Part shown: positions 37,519 through 47,291 of the stretch, one piece after another
Layout of the letters: the number at the start of each line of letters is the position of its first letter
Numbering within the stretch: the first letter of the stretch is position 1
Origin: a phage
NCBI GenBank assembly: GCA_012145005.1
Contig: GCA_012145005.1_3029.1
DNA length: 47,548 bases
Reading direction: 5' to 3' (one strand)
Position numbers and translations under genes: made by a program
Notes under the pieces: generated by a model
Told to the model about the DNA's origin: nothing
The model's database searches: none
Seen by the model: the letters and a program-made list of their open reading frames with translations, nothing else

Positions 37519-40215
37519 ATGAAAGAATTTTATATCTCTATCGAAACAGTCGGAAATAACATTGTTGAGCGCTATATTGATGAAAACGGAAAGGAACGTA
37601 CTCGTGAAGTAGAATATCTTCCGACTATGTTTAGGCATTGTAAGGAAGAGTCAAAATACAAAGACATTTATGGTAAAAACTGTGCTCCTCAAAAATTTCC
37701 ATCAATGAAAGATGCACGAGACTGGATGAAGCGGATGGAAGACATCGGTCTCGAAGCTCTTGGTATGAACGATTTTAAACTCGCTTATATCAGTGATACA
37801 TATGGTTCAGAAATTGTTTATGACCGAAAATTTGTTCGTGTAGCTAACTGTGACATTGAGGTTACTGGTGATAAATTTCCTGACCCAATGAAAGCAGAAT
37901 ATGAAATTGATGCTATCACTCATTATGATTCAATTGACGATCGTTTTTACGTCTTTGATTTGTTGAATTCAATGTACGGTTCAGTATCAAAATGGGATGC
38001 AAAGTTAGCTGCTAAGCTTGACTGTGAAGGTGGTGATGAAGTTCCTCAAGAAATTCTTGACCGAGTAATTTATATGCCATTTGATAATGAGCGTGATATG
38101 CTCATGGAATATATTAATCTCTGGGAACAAAAACGACCTGCTATTTTTACTGGTTGGAATATTGAGGGATTTGACGTTCCGTATATCATGAATCGCGTTA
38201 AAATGGTTCTCGGTGAACGCAGTATGAAACGCTTCTCTCCAATCGGTCGAGTAAAATCTAAACTAATTCAAAATATGTACGGTAGCAAAGAAATTTATTC
38301 TATTGATGGCGTATCTATTCTTGATTATTTAGATTTGTACAAGAAATTCGCATTTACTAATTTGCCATCGTTCTCTTTGGAATCAGTTGCTCAACATGAA
38401 ACCAAAAAAGGTAAATTGCCGTACGATGGTCCTATTAATAAACTTCGTGAGACTAATCATCAACGATACATTAGTTATAACATCATTGACGTAGAATCAG
38501 TTCAAGCAATTGATAAAATTCGTGGGTTTATCGATCTAGTTTTAAGTATGTCTTATTACGCTAAAATGCCTTTTTCTGGTGTAATGAGTCCTATTAAAAC
38601 TTGGGATGCTATTATTTTTAACTCATTGAAAGGTGAACATAAGGTTATTCCTCAACAAGGTTCGCACGTTAAACAGAGTTTTCCAGGTGCATTTGTGTTT
38701 GAACCTAAACCGATTGCTCGTCGATACATTATGAGTTTTGACTTGACGTCTCTGTATCCTAGCATTATTCGTCAGGTTAACATCAGTCCTGAAACTATTC
38801 GTGGGCAGTTTAAAGTTCATCCAATTCATGAATATATCGCAGGAACAGCTCCTAAGCCAAGTGATGAATATTCTTGCTCTCCGAATGGATGGATGTATGA
38901 TAAGCATCAAGAAGGTATCATTCCAAAGGAAATCGCTAAAGTATTTTTCCAGCGTAAAGATTGGAAAAAGAAAATGTTCGCTGAAGAAATGAATGCCGAA
39001 GCTATTAAAAAGATTATTATGAAAGGCGCAGGGTCTTGCTCAACTAAACCAGAAGTTGAACGATATGTTAAGTTCAGTGATGATTTCTTAAACGAATTAT
39101 CGAATTACACCGAATCTGTTCTTAATAGTCTGATCGAAGAATGTGAAAAAGCTGCTACGCTTGCTAACACAAATCAGCTGAACCGTAAAATTCTTATTAA
39201 CAGTCTTTATGGTGCTCTTGGTAATATTCATTTCCGCTACTATGATTTGCGAAATGCTACTGCTATCACAATTTTCGGTCAAGTCGGTATTCAGTGGATT
39301 GCTCGCAAAATTAATGAATATCTAAATAAAGTGTGTGGAACTAATGGTGAAGATTTCATCGCAGCAGGTGATACTGATTCGGTATATGTTTGTGTAGATA
39401 AAGTTATTGAAAAAGTAGGTCTTGATCGCTTTAAAGAACAAAATGATTTAGTTGAATTCATGAATCAGTTTGGTAAGAAAAAGATGGAACCTATGATTGA
39501 TGTTGCATATCGTGAGTTATGTGATTATATGAATAACCGCGAGCATCTGATGCATATGGACCGTGAAGCTATTTCTTGCCCTCCACTTGGTTCAAAGGGT
39601 GTCGGTGGATTTTGGAAAGCTAAAAAACGTTATGCTCTGAACGTTTATGATATGGAAGATAAGCGATTTGCTGAACCGCATTTAAAAATCATGGGTATGG
39701 AAACTCAGCAGAGTTCAACACCAAAAGCAGTACAAGAAGCTCTCGAAGAAAGTATTCGTCGTATTCTTCAAGAAGGCGAAGAGTCTGTCCAAGAATACTA
39801 CAAGAACTTTGAGAAAGAATATCGTCAACTTGACTATAAAGTTATTGCTGAAGTAAAAACTGCGAACGATATAGCGAAATATGATGATAAAGGTTGGCCA
39901 GGATTTAAATGCCCATTCCATATTCGTGGTGTACTAACTTATCGTCGAGCTGTTAACGGTTTAGGTGTAGCTCCAATTTTGGATGGAAATAAGGTAATGG
40001 TTCTTCCATTACGTGAAGGAAATCCATTTGGTGACAAGTGCATTGCTTGGCCATCGGGTACGGAACTTCCAAAAGAAATTCGTTCTGACGTACTGTCTTG
40101 GATTGACTACTCAACTTTGTTCCAAAAATCGTTTGTTAAACCGCTTGCGGGCATGTGTGAATCGGCAGGTATGGACTATGAGGAAAAAGCTTCGTTAGAC
40201 TTCCTGTTTGGCTGA
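37519..40215 (+). CDS. 43: DNA polymerase gp43 (family B)
   Basis: 898 aa; exonuclease and polymerase motifs (DxE, YGDTDS); matches T4 gp43 length. Confidence 0.96.
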   Translation: MKEFYISIETVGNNIVERYIDENGKERTREVEYLPTMFRHCKEESKYKDIYGKNCAPQKFPSMKDARDWMKRMEDIGLEALGMNDFKLAYISDTYGSEIVYDRKFVRVANCDIEVTGDKFPDPMKAEYEIDAITHYDSIDDRFYVFDLLNSMYGSVSKWDAKLAAKLDCEGGDEVPQEILDRVIYMPFDNERDMLMEYINLWEQKRPAIFTGWNIEGFDVPYIMNRVKMVLGERSMKRFSPIGRVKSKLIQNMYGSKEIYSIDGVSILDYLDLYKKFAFTNLPSFSLESVAQHETKKGKLPYDGPINKLRETNHQRYISYNIIDVESVQAIDKIRGFIDLVLSMSYYAKMPFSGVMSPIKTWDAIIFNSLKGEHKVIPQQGSHVKQSFPGAFVFEPKPIARRYIMSFDLTSLYPSIIRQVNISPETIRGQFKVHPIHEYIAGTAPKPSDEYSCSPNGWMYDKHQEGIIPKEIAKVFFQRKDWKKKMFAEEMNAEAIKKIIMKGAGSCSTKPEVERYVKFSDDFLNELSNYTESVLNSLIEECEKAATLANTNQLNRKILINSLYGALGNIHFRYYDLRNATAITIFGQVGIQWIARKINEYLNKVCGTNGEDFIAAGDTDSVYVCVDKVIEKVGLDRFKEQNDLVEFMNQFGKKKMEPMIDVAYRELCDYMNNREHLMHMDREAISCPPLGSKGVGGFWKAKKRYALNVYDMEDKRFAEPHLKIMGMETQQSSTPKAVQEALEESIRRILQEGEESVQEYYKNFEKEYRQLDYKVIAEVKTANDIAKYDDKGWPGFKCPFHIRGVLTYRRAVNGLGVAPILDGNKVMVLPLREGNPFGDKCIAWPSGTELPKEIRSDVLSWIDYSTLFQKSFVKPLAGMCESAGMDYEEKASLDFLFG

Positions 40216-40227
40216 TAGAATAAATCT

Positions 40228-40249
40228 AGGGACCTCCGGGTCCCTTTTT
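40228..40249 (+). terminator. stem-loop with T-tract
   Basis: AGGGACC-TCCG-GGTCCCT then TTTTT. Confidence 0.7.
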
Positions 40250-40332
40250 CATACAAGTAATATAAATCTATACTTAGGAAAAATAGATGATTCTGGACCT
40301 TTGGAATTCATTAAAAAATTTTTCACAAAACG

Positions 40333-40362
40333 GTTTACAAGACTGTTCCTCTGTGGTACTAT
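40333..40362 (+). promoter_or_regulatory. T4-type early promoter
   Basis: GTTTAC, 17 bp, TACTAT. Confidence 0.65.
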
Positions 40363-40396
40363 TACCCTATCAACCAATACAAATTTGGAGAATGAA

Positions 40397-40777
40397 ATGA
40401 AAATCGCTATTTTGGTTATTGCATTGGGTCTTACTGGTTGTGTAGCTCAAGGACCGGTAGTAAATCAATCTGATGTAGGAAAAATTGTAAACTGTTCAAG
40501 CAAATTTTATAATCCTAACGTCAAGTGTTATAAAGAAGCTCCAAAACAGACAGTAGAACAAATGCAGGCGAATTTTGACGAAGCTATTCGTCCAGATGAA
40601 TCTGCTCAAGCATATCGTAATTCAGATGTAATTACACGCGAAGAAAAAATTGAAAACTACTGCGCCGAACTTTGGGCTAATTGGGCTAATAATTACCAAT
40701 GGCGAACTGGTAAAAATGCTCCAATGGAGTATGTAGTGAATTCTTATAATTCATGTGTAAAAAATTTGACTAAGTGA
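40397..40777 (+). CDS. predicted lipoprotein (periplasmic)
   Basis: MKIAILVIALGLTGC lipobox signal peptide; track ORF 40208 trimmed because the extension spans terminator and promoter. Confidence 0.55.
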   Translation: MKIAILVIALGLTGCVAQGPVVNQSDVGKIVNCSSKFYNPNVKCYKEAPKQTVEQMQANFDEAIRPDESAQAYRNSDVITREEKIENYCAELWANWANNYQWRTGKNAPMEYVVNSYNSCVKNLTK

Positions 40778-40784
40778 GGAAAAG

Positions 40785-41036
40785 ATGGAAACTTTAGTAG
40801 CAGGTTCAATTTTTATGGTTTTAGTTTCATGCGTGTTGGCTATTATTATATACATGCTTCCATGGTTCATCGCCTTGATGCGCGGGTCAAAATCGACAGT
40901 AGGAATCTTTTTCACATCTTTACTGTTTAACTGGTCAATTATTGGTTGGTTTATTACATTTATTTGGTCAATTGCGGGTGAAACTAAAAAATCTGTGCAG
41001 CAAAATCAAGTAATTATCATCAGAGAGAAGGAATGA
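40785..41036 (+). CDS. imm: superinfection immunity membrane protein Imm
   Basis: 83 aa, two TM helices, position between 43 and 42 as T4 imm. Confidence 0.75.
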   Translation: METLVAGSIFMVLVSCVLAIIIYMLPWFIALMRGSKSTVGIFFTSLLFNWSIIGWFITFIWSIAGETKKSVQQNQVIIIREKE

Positions 41037-41182
41037 AAAGCAAAATTTTAACAGTATTGCTTTTAATCTTGATGATTATAATAAGTATATACTATAGCGT
41101 AACGGTTCCTTGTATGATTCCAACGCTTATTATAGGGTGGAGTTTATTACTGTTACAAGTTAAATATGAATGTATCAATTGA
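41033..41182 (+). CDS. small hydrophobic membrane peptide (49 aa)
   Basis: ATGA-coupled to imm; MKSKILTVLLLILMIIISIYY. Confidence 0.35.
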   Translation: MKSKILTVLLLILMIIISIYYSVTVPCMIPTLIIGWSLLLLQVKYECIN

Positions 41183-41189
41183 GGTTTAA

Positions 41190-41930
41190 ATGATTAATGA
41201 CTCTTTGACAGTTGAAGAAACTCGTCTTCATTTGGGAATTGCGTTAAAGGAAAAAGATTTCGTAATTGATAAAACTGGCGTTAAAACTATTGAAATTATT
41301 GGCGCATCATTTGTAGCAGATGAACCGTTTATTTTTGGCGCTCTTAATGATGAATACATTCAGCGTGAACTTGAATGGTATAAATCTAAAAGTTTGTTTG
41401 TTAAAGATATTCCGGGCGAAACACCGAAGATTTGGCAACAGGTAGCATCTTCTAAAGGCGAAATTAACTCGAATTATGGTTGGGCCATCTGGTCAGAAGA
41501 TAACTATGCCCAGTATGATATGTGTTTAGCTGAACTTGGTCAAAATCCTGATTCTCGACGTGGTATCATGATTTATACTCGTCCATCCATGCAGTTTGAC
41601 TACAATAAAGATGGTATGTCAGATTTCATGTGTACGAATACAGTACAGTACCTGATTCGTGATAAGAAAGTCAATGCAGTAGTAAGCATGCGTTCAAATG
41701 ACGTGGTCTTCGGATTCCGTAATGATTATGCATGGCAAAAATACGTACTAGATAAATTAGTATCTGATTTGAATGCAGGTGATTCAACTCGTCAGTATAA
41801 AGCAGGTTCCATTATATGGAATGTCGGGAGCCTTCACGTGTATTCCCGTCATTTTTATTTGGTTGACCATTGGTGGAAAACTGGCGAAACTCATATTGCG
41901 AAAAAAGATTATAACGGTGAGTGGAAATGA
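41190..41930 (+). CDS. 42: dCMP hydroxymethylase gp42
   Basis: 246 aa; matches T4 gp42 (thymidylate-synthase-like fold). Confidence 0.93.
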   Translation: MINDSLTVEETRLHLGIALKEKDFVIDKTGVKTIEIIGASFVADEPFIFGALNDEYIQRELEWYKSKSLFVKDIPGETPKIWQQVASSKGEINSNYGWAIWSEDNYAQYDMCLAELGQNPDSRRGIMIYTRPSMQFDYNKDGMSDFMCTNTVQYLIRDKKVNAVVSMRSNDVVFGFRNDYAWQKYVLDKLVSDLNAGDSTRQYKAGSIIWNVGSLHVYSRHFYLVDHWWKTGETHIAKKDYNGEWK

Positions 41931-42769
41931 TTCAATTCGTAATTCCAAGCTATCAACGCGTAGGGGCAGTTTCTGCCCTTGATATGTTTCCGACTGATTA
42001 TGAACCACATATTGTAGTACGTGAACACGAAGAAAAAGCTTATTATGACGCTTATGGGTCTAGAGCTAAAATTATAACTATTCCTGATGATGTTAATGGA
42101 ATTGCTGGTACTCGTAAAGCAATTACTGATATGTATGCAGGTCAACGAATTTGGATGATTGATGATGATACTACTATTCGTATGAGTTCAATGCGAAAGA
42201 AAGATGATCGTCGCTGCGTAGATAAAATTAATCAATTAACCCGTGAACAGTTCTATGAATTGATTCAATACGTTGAAGATGCCATGGATTGCGGGTATTA
42301 TCATGGTCATGCTCGTCTGCCTATTTTTAAAATTACTTCATCTTGGGGTAATTATCGTGAAAATTCATATGGATTCACGAATACATGGTATGACCTTGGA
42401 AAACTTACGACAGAACAAATTGGGTATGGAAAAATTGATTTATGCGAAGATATGTATGCATTTCTCAATTTAATTAATCAAGGTTATCCACATTTGGCCT
42501 TGTTCAAATATCTGGTTGTATCTGGAAAAGCACAGGCTCCCGGCGGATGTAGTTCAATTCGTAGTAATTCAAAACATAATAGAGCTCTTGAGCAAATCAA
42601 TAGAGAGTTTCCAGAGCAAGCTCGTTGGAAAACATCGAATATTGAAAAGAGAAAATCGTTGGGTGAAGAAGATGAGCCATTAAAGGTTCTTCGCATGTGT
42701 GTTTCGCGCAAAGAAAAATCAGAAGCGTTTCATAAGTTTAATGCTATTCATCCAATAGCAGTTGATTAA
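41927..42769 (+). CDS. GT-A fold glycosyltransferase (candidate HMC-DNA glucosyltransferase, not T4 beta-gt)
   Basis: VIPSYQR N-terminal motif and WMIDDDT DxD motif; occupies the beta-gt slot downstream of gene 42 but N-terminus does not match T4 beta-gt as I recall it. Confidence 0.6.
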   Translation: MIQFVIPSYQRVGAVSALDMFPTDYEPHIVVREHEEKAYYDAYGSRAKIITIPDDVNGIAGTRKAITDMYAGQRIWMIDDDTTIRMSSMRKKDDRRCVDKINQLTREQFYELIQYVEDAMDCGYYHGHARLPIFKITSSWGNYRENSYGFTNTWYDLGKLTTEQIGYGKIDLCEDMYAFLNLINQGYPHLALFKYLVVSGKAQAPGGCSSIRSNSKHNRALEQINREFPEQARWKTSNIEKRKSLGEEDEPLKVLRMCVSRKEKSEAFHKFNAIHPIAVD

Positions 42770-42846
42770 TGCCTAAATTTATTGTGTTATAATTACTTTA
42801 TCTTTAACCAGTGAGGAAAATATAATGATGCCTATGGAAAAAATGA

Positions 42847-44028
42847 ATGTCTATTGCAGATTTAAAATCCCGTTTGATTAAAGCTTCCACTTCTAAAATG
42901 ACTGCTGAACTGACTACATCTAAATTCTTTAATGAAAAGGATGTAATCCGTACAAAAATCCCAATGCTTAATATCGCTATTTCAGGTGCGATTGATGGTG
43001 GTATGCAGTCTGGTTTAACTATTTTTGCAGGTCCTTCTAAACACTTTAAATCAAATATGTCTTTGACCATGGTTGCGGCGTATTTGAACAAATATCCTGA
43101 CGCGGTATGTCTATTCTATGATAGCGAATTTGGTATTACTCCAGCTTATTTGCGATCCATGGGAGTTGACCCGGAACGAGTAATTCATACGCCAATTCAG
43201 TCAGTTGAACAGCTGAAAATTGATATGGTGAATCAGCTTGAAGCTATTGAGCGTGGTGAAAAAGTTATTGTATTCATTGACTCAATTGGTAATATGGCTT
43301 CTAAGAAAGAAACGGAAGATGCCTTGAATGAAAAATCTGTGGCAGATATGACTCGTGCTAAATCACTGAAGTCATTATTCCGTATTGTTACTCCTTATTT
43401 TAGTATTAAAAACATTCCATGTGTTGCGGTTAACCATACAATTGAAACAATTGAAATGTTTAGTAAAACCGTGATGACAGGTGGTACAGGCGTAATGTAT
43501 TCGGCTGATACTGTATTCATTATCGGTAAGCGCCAGATTAAAGATGGTTCTGATCTTCAGGGGTATCAATTTGTTCTAAATGTAGAAAAATCTCGTACCG
43601 TTAAAGAAAAAAGTAAATTCTTTATTGATGTTAAATTTGACGGTGGCATCGATCCTTATTCTGGATTGTTAGATATGGCTTTAGAATTAGGATTTGTGGT
43701 AAAACCTAAAAATGGCTGGTATGCTCGTGAATTTCTTGACGAAGAAACCGGTGAGATGATTCGCGAAGAAAAATCTTGGCGTGCAAAAGATACCAACTGC
43801 ACTACATTCTGGGGTCCTTTATTTAAGCATCAGCCATTCCGAGATGCTATTAAACGTGCTTATCAGTTAGGTGCTATTGATAGTAATGAAATTGTTGAAG
43901 CTGAAGTTGATGAATTGATTAACTCAAAGGTTGAAAAATTTAAATCTCCAGAAAGTAAAAGTAAATCAGCAGCTGATTTAGAAACTGACCTCGAGCAGTT
44001 AAGTGATATGGAAGAATTTAATGAATAA
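42847..44028 (+). CDS. uvsX: RecA-like recombinase UvsX
   Basis: 393 aa; Walker A GPSKHFKS; matches T4 UvsX. Confidence 0.93.
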   Translation: MSIADLKSRLIKASTSKMTAELTTSKFFNEKDVIRTKIPMLNIAISGAIDGGMQSGLTIFAGPSKHFKSNMSLTMVAAYLNKYPDAVCLFYDSEFGITPAYLRSMGVDPERVIHTPIQSVEQLKIDMVNQLEAIERGEKVIVFIDSIGNMASKKETEDALNEKSVADMTRAKSLKSLFRIVTPYFSIKNIPCVAVNHTIETIEMFSKTVMTGGTGVMYSADTVFIIGKRQIKDGSDLQGYQFVLNVEKSRTVKEKSKFFIDVKFDGGIDPYSGLLDMALELGFVVKPKNGWYAREFLDEETGEMIREEKSWRAKDTNCTTFWGPLFKHQPFRDAIKRAYQLGAIDSNEIVEAEVDELINSKVEKFKSPESKSKSAADLETDLEQLSDMEEFNE

Positions 44029-44365
44029 AGATGATTTAGATTTAGATCTAGAAATTATCGATGAATCCCCCTCCGAAGAGGGGGAAGAAGAAAGAAAAGA
44101 ACGTCTTTTTAATGAATCTCTTAAGATAATTAAATCTGCCATGGAAAATGTTATCCAGGAGATTGTCATTAAACTAGAAGATGGTTCTACACACATTGTG
44201 TATGTGACAAAATTAGATTGGGTTGATGGAAAGGTTGTAATGGACTTTGCTGTTCTTGACCAAGAAAGAAAAGCTGAGTTAGCTCCTCATGTAGAAAAAT
44301 GTATTACAATGCAACTACAAGATGCATTTAATAAAAGGTCAAAGAAAAAGTTTAAATTCTTTTAA
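44021..44365 (+). CDS. 40: gp40 head vertex assembly chaperone
   Basis: 114 aa from ATG 44021 overlapping uvsX end; position between uvsX and 41. Confidence 0.6.
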   Translation: MNKDDLDLDLEIIDESPSEEGEEERKERLFNESLKIIKSAMENVIQEIVIKLEDGSTHIVYVTKLDWVDGKVVMDFAVLDQERKAELAPHVEKCITMQLQDAFNKRSKKKFKFF

Positions 44366-44374
44366 GGAGTAAGT

Positions 44375-45802
44375 GTGGTAGAAATTATTCTTTCTCATCT
44401 CATATTTGATCAAGCTTATTTTTCAAAAGTTTGGCCATATATGGATTCAGAATATTTTGAAAGTGGTCCAGCTAAAAATACATTCAAATTAATTAAATCT
44501 CATGTTAATGAGTACCATAGCGTTCCATCTATTAATGCGCTAAATGTTGCATTAGAAAATAGTTCATTTACTGAAACAGAATATTCTGGTGTAAAAACAC
44601 TTATTTCAAAACTGGCTGATTCTCCAGAAGACCACAGCTGGTTAATAAAAGAAACAGAAAAATATGTTCAGCAAAGGGCGATGTTTAATGCTACGTCTAA
44701 AATAATCGAAATTCAAACCAATGCTGAGCTTCCTCCAGAAAAACGAAATAAGAAAATGCCAGATGTAGGTGCTATTCCTGACATCATGCGCCAAGCATTA
44801 TCAATTTCATTTGATAGTTACGTTGGTCATGATTGGATGGATGACTACGAAGCACGTTGGCTATCTTATATGAATAAAGCTCGTAAGGTTCCATTTAAAC
44901 TCAGAATTCTAAACAAAATTACGAAAGGCGGAGCTGAAACAGGAACACTGAACGTTTTAATGGCTGGCGTTAACGTTGGTAAGTCATTAGGATTGTGTTC
45001 ATTGGCAGCAGATTATTTACAGCTCGGACATAATGTTCTTTACATTTCCATGGAAATGGCAGAAGAAGTCTGTGCTAAACGTATTGATGCTAACATGCTC
45101 GATGTTTCTCTTGACGATATTGATGATGGACATATTTCTTACGCTGAGTATAAAGGAAAAATGGAAAAATGGCGTGAGAAATCTACTCTTGGTCGTTTAA
45201 TCGTTAAACAGTACCCTACTGGTGGGGCAGATGCTAACACATTCAGGTCTCTCTTGAATGAATTGAAGCTCAAAAAGAATTTTGTTCCAACAATCATTAT
45301 TGTCGACTATCTAGGTATTTGTAAATCTTGCCGCATCAGAGTTTACTCAGAAAATAGTTACACAACTGTTAAAGCTATTGCAGAGGAATTGCGTGCTCTT
45401 GCTGTTGAAACCGAAACTGTTCTTTGGACTGCAGCACAGGTTGGTAAACAAGCTTGGGACTCTTCCGATGTTAACATGAGTGATATCGCAGAATCTGCTG
45501 GTCTTCCAGCAACAGCTGATTTTATGCTTGCGGTCATTGAAACCGAGGAGCTAGCAGCTGCTGAACAACAACTCATTAAGCAAATCAAATCACGATATGG
45601 CGATAAGAATAAGTGGAATAAGTTTTTGATGGGTGTTCAAAAGGGAAATCAGAAATGGGTAGAAATTGAACAAGATTCTACTCCAACTGAAGTGAGTGAA
45701 GTAGCAGGTTCACAACAGATTCAGGCTGAACAGAATCGCTATCAAAGAAATGAATCCACTCGAGCACAGTTAGATGCTTTGGCAAATGAATTAAAATTTT
45801 AG
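44375..45802 (+). CDS. 41: replicative DNA helicase gp41
   Basis: 475 aa, GTG start; Walker A GVNVGKS; matches T4 gp41. Confidence 0.95.
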   Translation: MVEIILSHLIFDQAYFSKVWPYMDSEYFESGPAKNTFKLIKSHVNEYHSVPSINALNVALENSSFTETEYSGVKTLISKLADSPEDHSWLIKETEKYVQQRAMFNATSKIIEIQTNAELPPEKRNKKMPDVGAIPDIMRQALSISFDSYVGHDWMDDYEARWLSYMNKARKVPFKLRILNKITKGGAETGTLNVLMAGVNVGKSLGLCSLAADYLQLGHNVLYISMEMAEEVCAKRIDANMLDVSLDDIDDGHISYAEYKGKMEKWREKSTLGRLIVKQYPTGGADANTFRSLLNELKLKKNFVPTIIIVDYLGICKSCRIRVYSENSYTTVKAIAEELRALAVETETVLWTAAQVGKQAWDSSDVNMSDIAESAGLPATADFMLAVIETEELAAAEQQLIKQIKSRYGDKNKWNKFLMGVQKGNQKWVEIEQDSTPTEVSEVAGSQQIQAEQNRYQRNESTRAQLDALANELKF

Positions 45803-45831
45803 TTTACAAGCTGACAAGACTATGGTATAGT
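45802..45831 (+). promoter_or_regulatory. T4-type early promoter
   Basis: GTTTAC overlapping gene 41 stop, 17 bp, TATAGT; inverted repeat ACAAGACTA/TAGTCTTGT around -10. Confidence 0.6.
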
Positions 45832-45860
45832 AGTCTTGTTGGTTAAATGAGGAGATTGTT

Positions 45861-46043
45861 ATGGAATTGGTAAAGGTAGTTTTTATGGGGTGGTTTAAGA
45901 ATGAAAGCATGTTTACTAAAGAAATCACAATGATGAAAGATGACGTTCAATGGGCTACTGCTCAATATGCTGAAGTTAATAAAGCATTAGTTGAAGCTTT
46001 CATTGATGACAAGAAAGTGTGCGAAGTGGATTGCCGAGGATAA
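45861..46043 (+). CDS. small hypothetical protein
   Basis: ORF track. Confidence 0.4.
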   Translation: MELVKVVFMGWFKNESMFTKEITMMKDDVQWATAQYAEVNKALVEAFIDDKKVCEVDCRG

Positions 46044-46044
46044 T

Positions 46045-46302
46045 ATGCATATTGTTTTATTTAAACCTACTCCGTATAACGTCAGGAAAAATACTCAATT
46101 CAAAGCACTTATTGCAGATACGTGGGAATTGGTGTTAGATATTCCAGCAGAAGAAAGTCCTCCATTTGGTCGAGTGGAATTTATTAAGTTTGTTGTACGT
46201 CCTACGAAGAGGCAGATTCGTCAGTGTAAAAGGCATTTTCGTAAAATCGTTAAGCTAGAGAAACAGTTTGTAACATGTGATTACGCAGAAGTTTTAAAAT
46301 AG
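46045..46302 (+). CDS. hypothetical basic protein
   Basis: track ORF 45991 trimmed to ATG 46045. Confidence 0.4.
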   Translation: MHIVLFKPTPYNVRKNTQFKALIADTWELVLDIPAEESPPFGRVEFIKFVVRPTKRQIRQCKRHFRKIVKLEKQFVTCDYAEVLK

Positions 46303-46304
46303 CT

Positions 46305-46334
46305 GTTTACTTTTGTTGGAAATTGAGATACTAT
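46305..46334 (+). promoter_or_regulatory. T4-type early promoter upstream of sp
   Basis: GTTTAC, 17 bp, TACTAT. Confidence 0.6.
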
Positions 46335-46362
46335 ATAAACATAAACTACTGAGGAGATTATC

Positions 46363-46656
46363 ATGAAAAAATTTATTTTTGCTACAATTTTTACTTTGGC
46401 TTCTTGTGCTGCTCAGCCTGCTATGGCAGGATATGATAAAGATTTGTGTGAATGGTCTATGACTGCAGATCAGACTGAAGTTGAAACTCAAATTGAAGCG
46501 GATATTATGAATATCGTTGAGCGCGATCGTCCTGAAATGAAAGCTGAAGTGCAAAAACAACTTAAGTCTGGTGGTGTAATGCAGTATAATTATGTTCTGT
46601 ATTGCGATAAAAACTTTAATAACAAAAATATCGTAACCGAAATCACAGGCGAATAA
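46363..46656 (+). CDS. sp: Spackle periplasmic protein
   Basis: 97 aa; signal peptide MKKFIFATIFTLASCAAQPAMA; matches T4 Sp. Confidence 0.88.
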   Translation: MKKFIFATIFTLASCAAQPAMAGYDKDLCEWSMTADQTEVETQIEADIMNIVERDRPEMKAEVQKQLKSGGVMQYNYVLYCDKNFNNKNIVTEITGE

Positions 46657-46657
46657 T

Positions 46658-47290
46658 ATGATTTATTATATGCACAAAAATCCACCGTTTAAATACGGTA
46701 AATTTCCTGATGCACAATGTTATAATATAACGCCTGATGAAAATAACCGTGGATATCTTATTGGCACAATTTTTGTAATTGTTAAAGATAACGAAATCGT
46801 TGCCTGGGCAGATTTTAAAGGTACAACATATGATGTTAATCCGGTGCCTTTCACATATTACAATTTAATGGATTTGGCATACGATTATAATTGGTTTAAT
46901 CATGACACTTTGGCTCATATTGAAGGTGTAGGATTTGATATTTCATATTCGGAATACACTTTAAGCCCTATGAGTCGAGCGCATAAAGAACCTGAATATT
47001 TTTCATTTAGGAAACGTGTAAACTTTAAACGCAGCACAGAGTATGTCGGTGGAATCTTTGTTAAAGATAATCGAATTATTCGTATTAATTATCCTTTGAG
47101 CGTTAGTCAAAAAGATATTGATGTTGATTTAGATTTCACTGAAAATAATATTAATAATATTGCTTCTGTGTATTTTGGTATCGATCACAAAATTGTAATA
47201 TGTGGATATGAATTACCGTTTGAAGAACAGCCTAAAGTAAAAGTTTCTATTGACGATCAAATTTTTAATGCTTTTATGAATAAAGGTTAA
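46658..47290 (+). CDS. hypothetical protein (T4 61.2-like position)
   Basis: ORF track, 210 aa. Confidence 0.5.
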   Translation: MIYYMHKNPPFKYGKFPDAQCYNITPDENNRGYLIGTIFVIVKDNEIVAWADFKGTTYDVNPVPFTYYNLMDLAYDYNWFNHDTLAHIEGVGFDISYSEYTLSPMSRAHKEPEYFSFRKRVNFKRSTEYVGGIFVKDNRIIRINYPLSVSQKDIDVDLDFTENNINNIASVYFGIDHKIVICGYELPFEEQPKVKVSIDDQIFNAFMNKG

Positions 47291-47291
47291 T

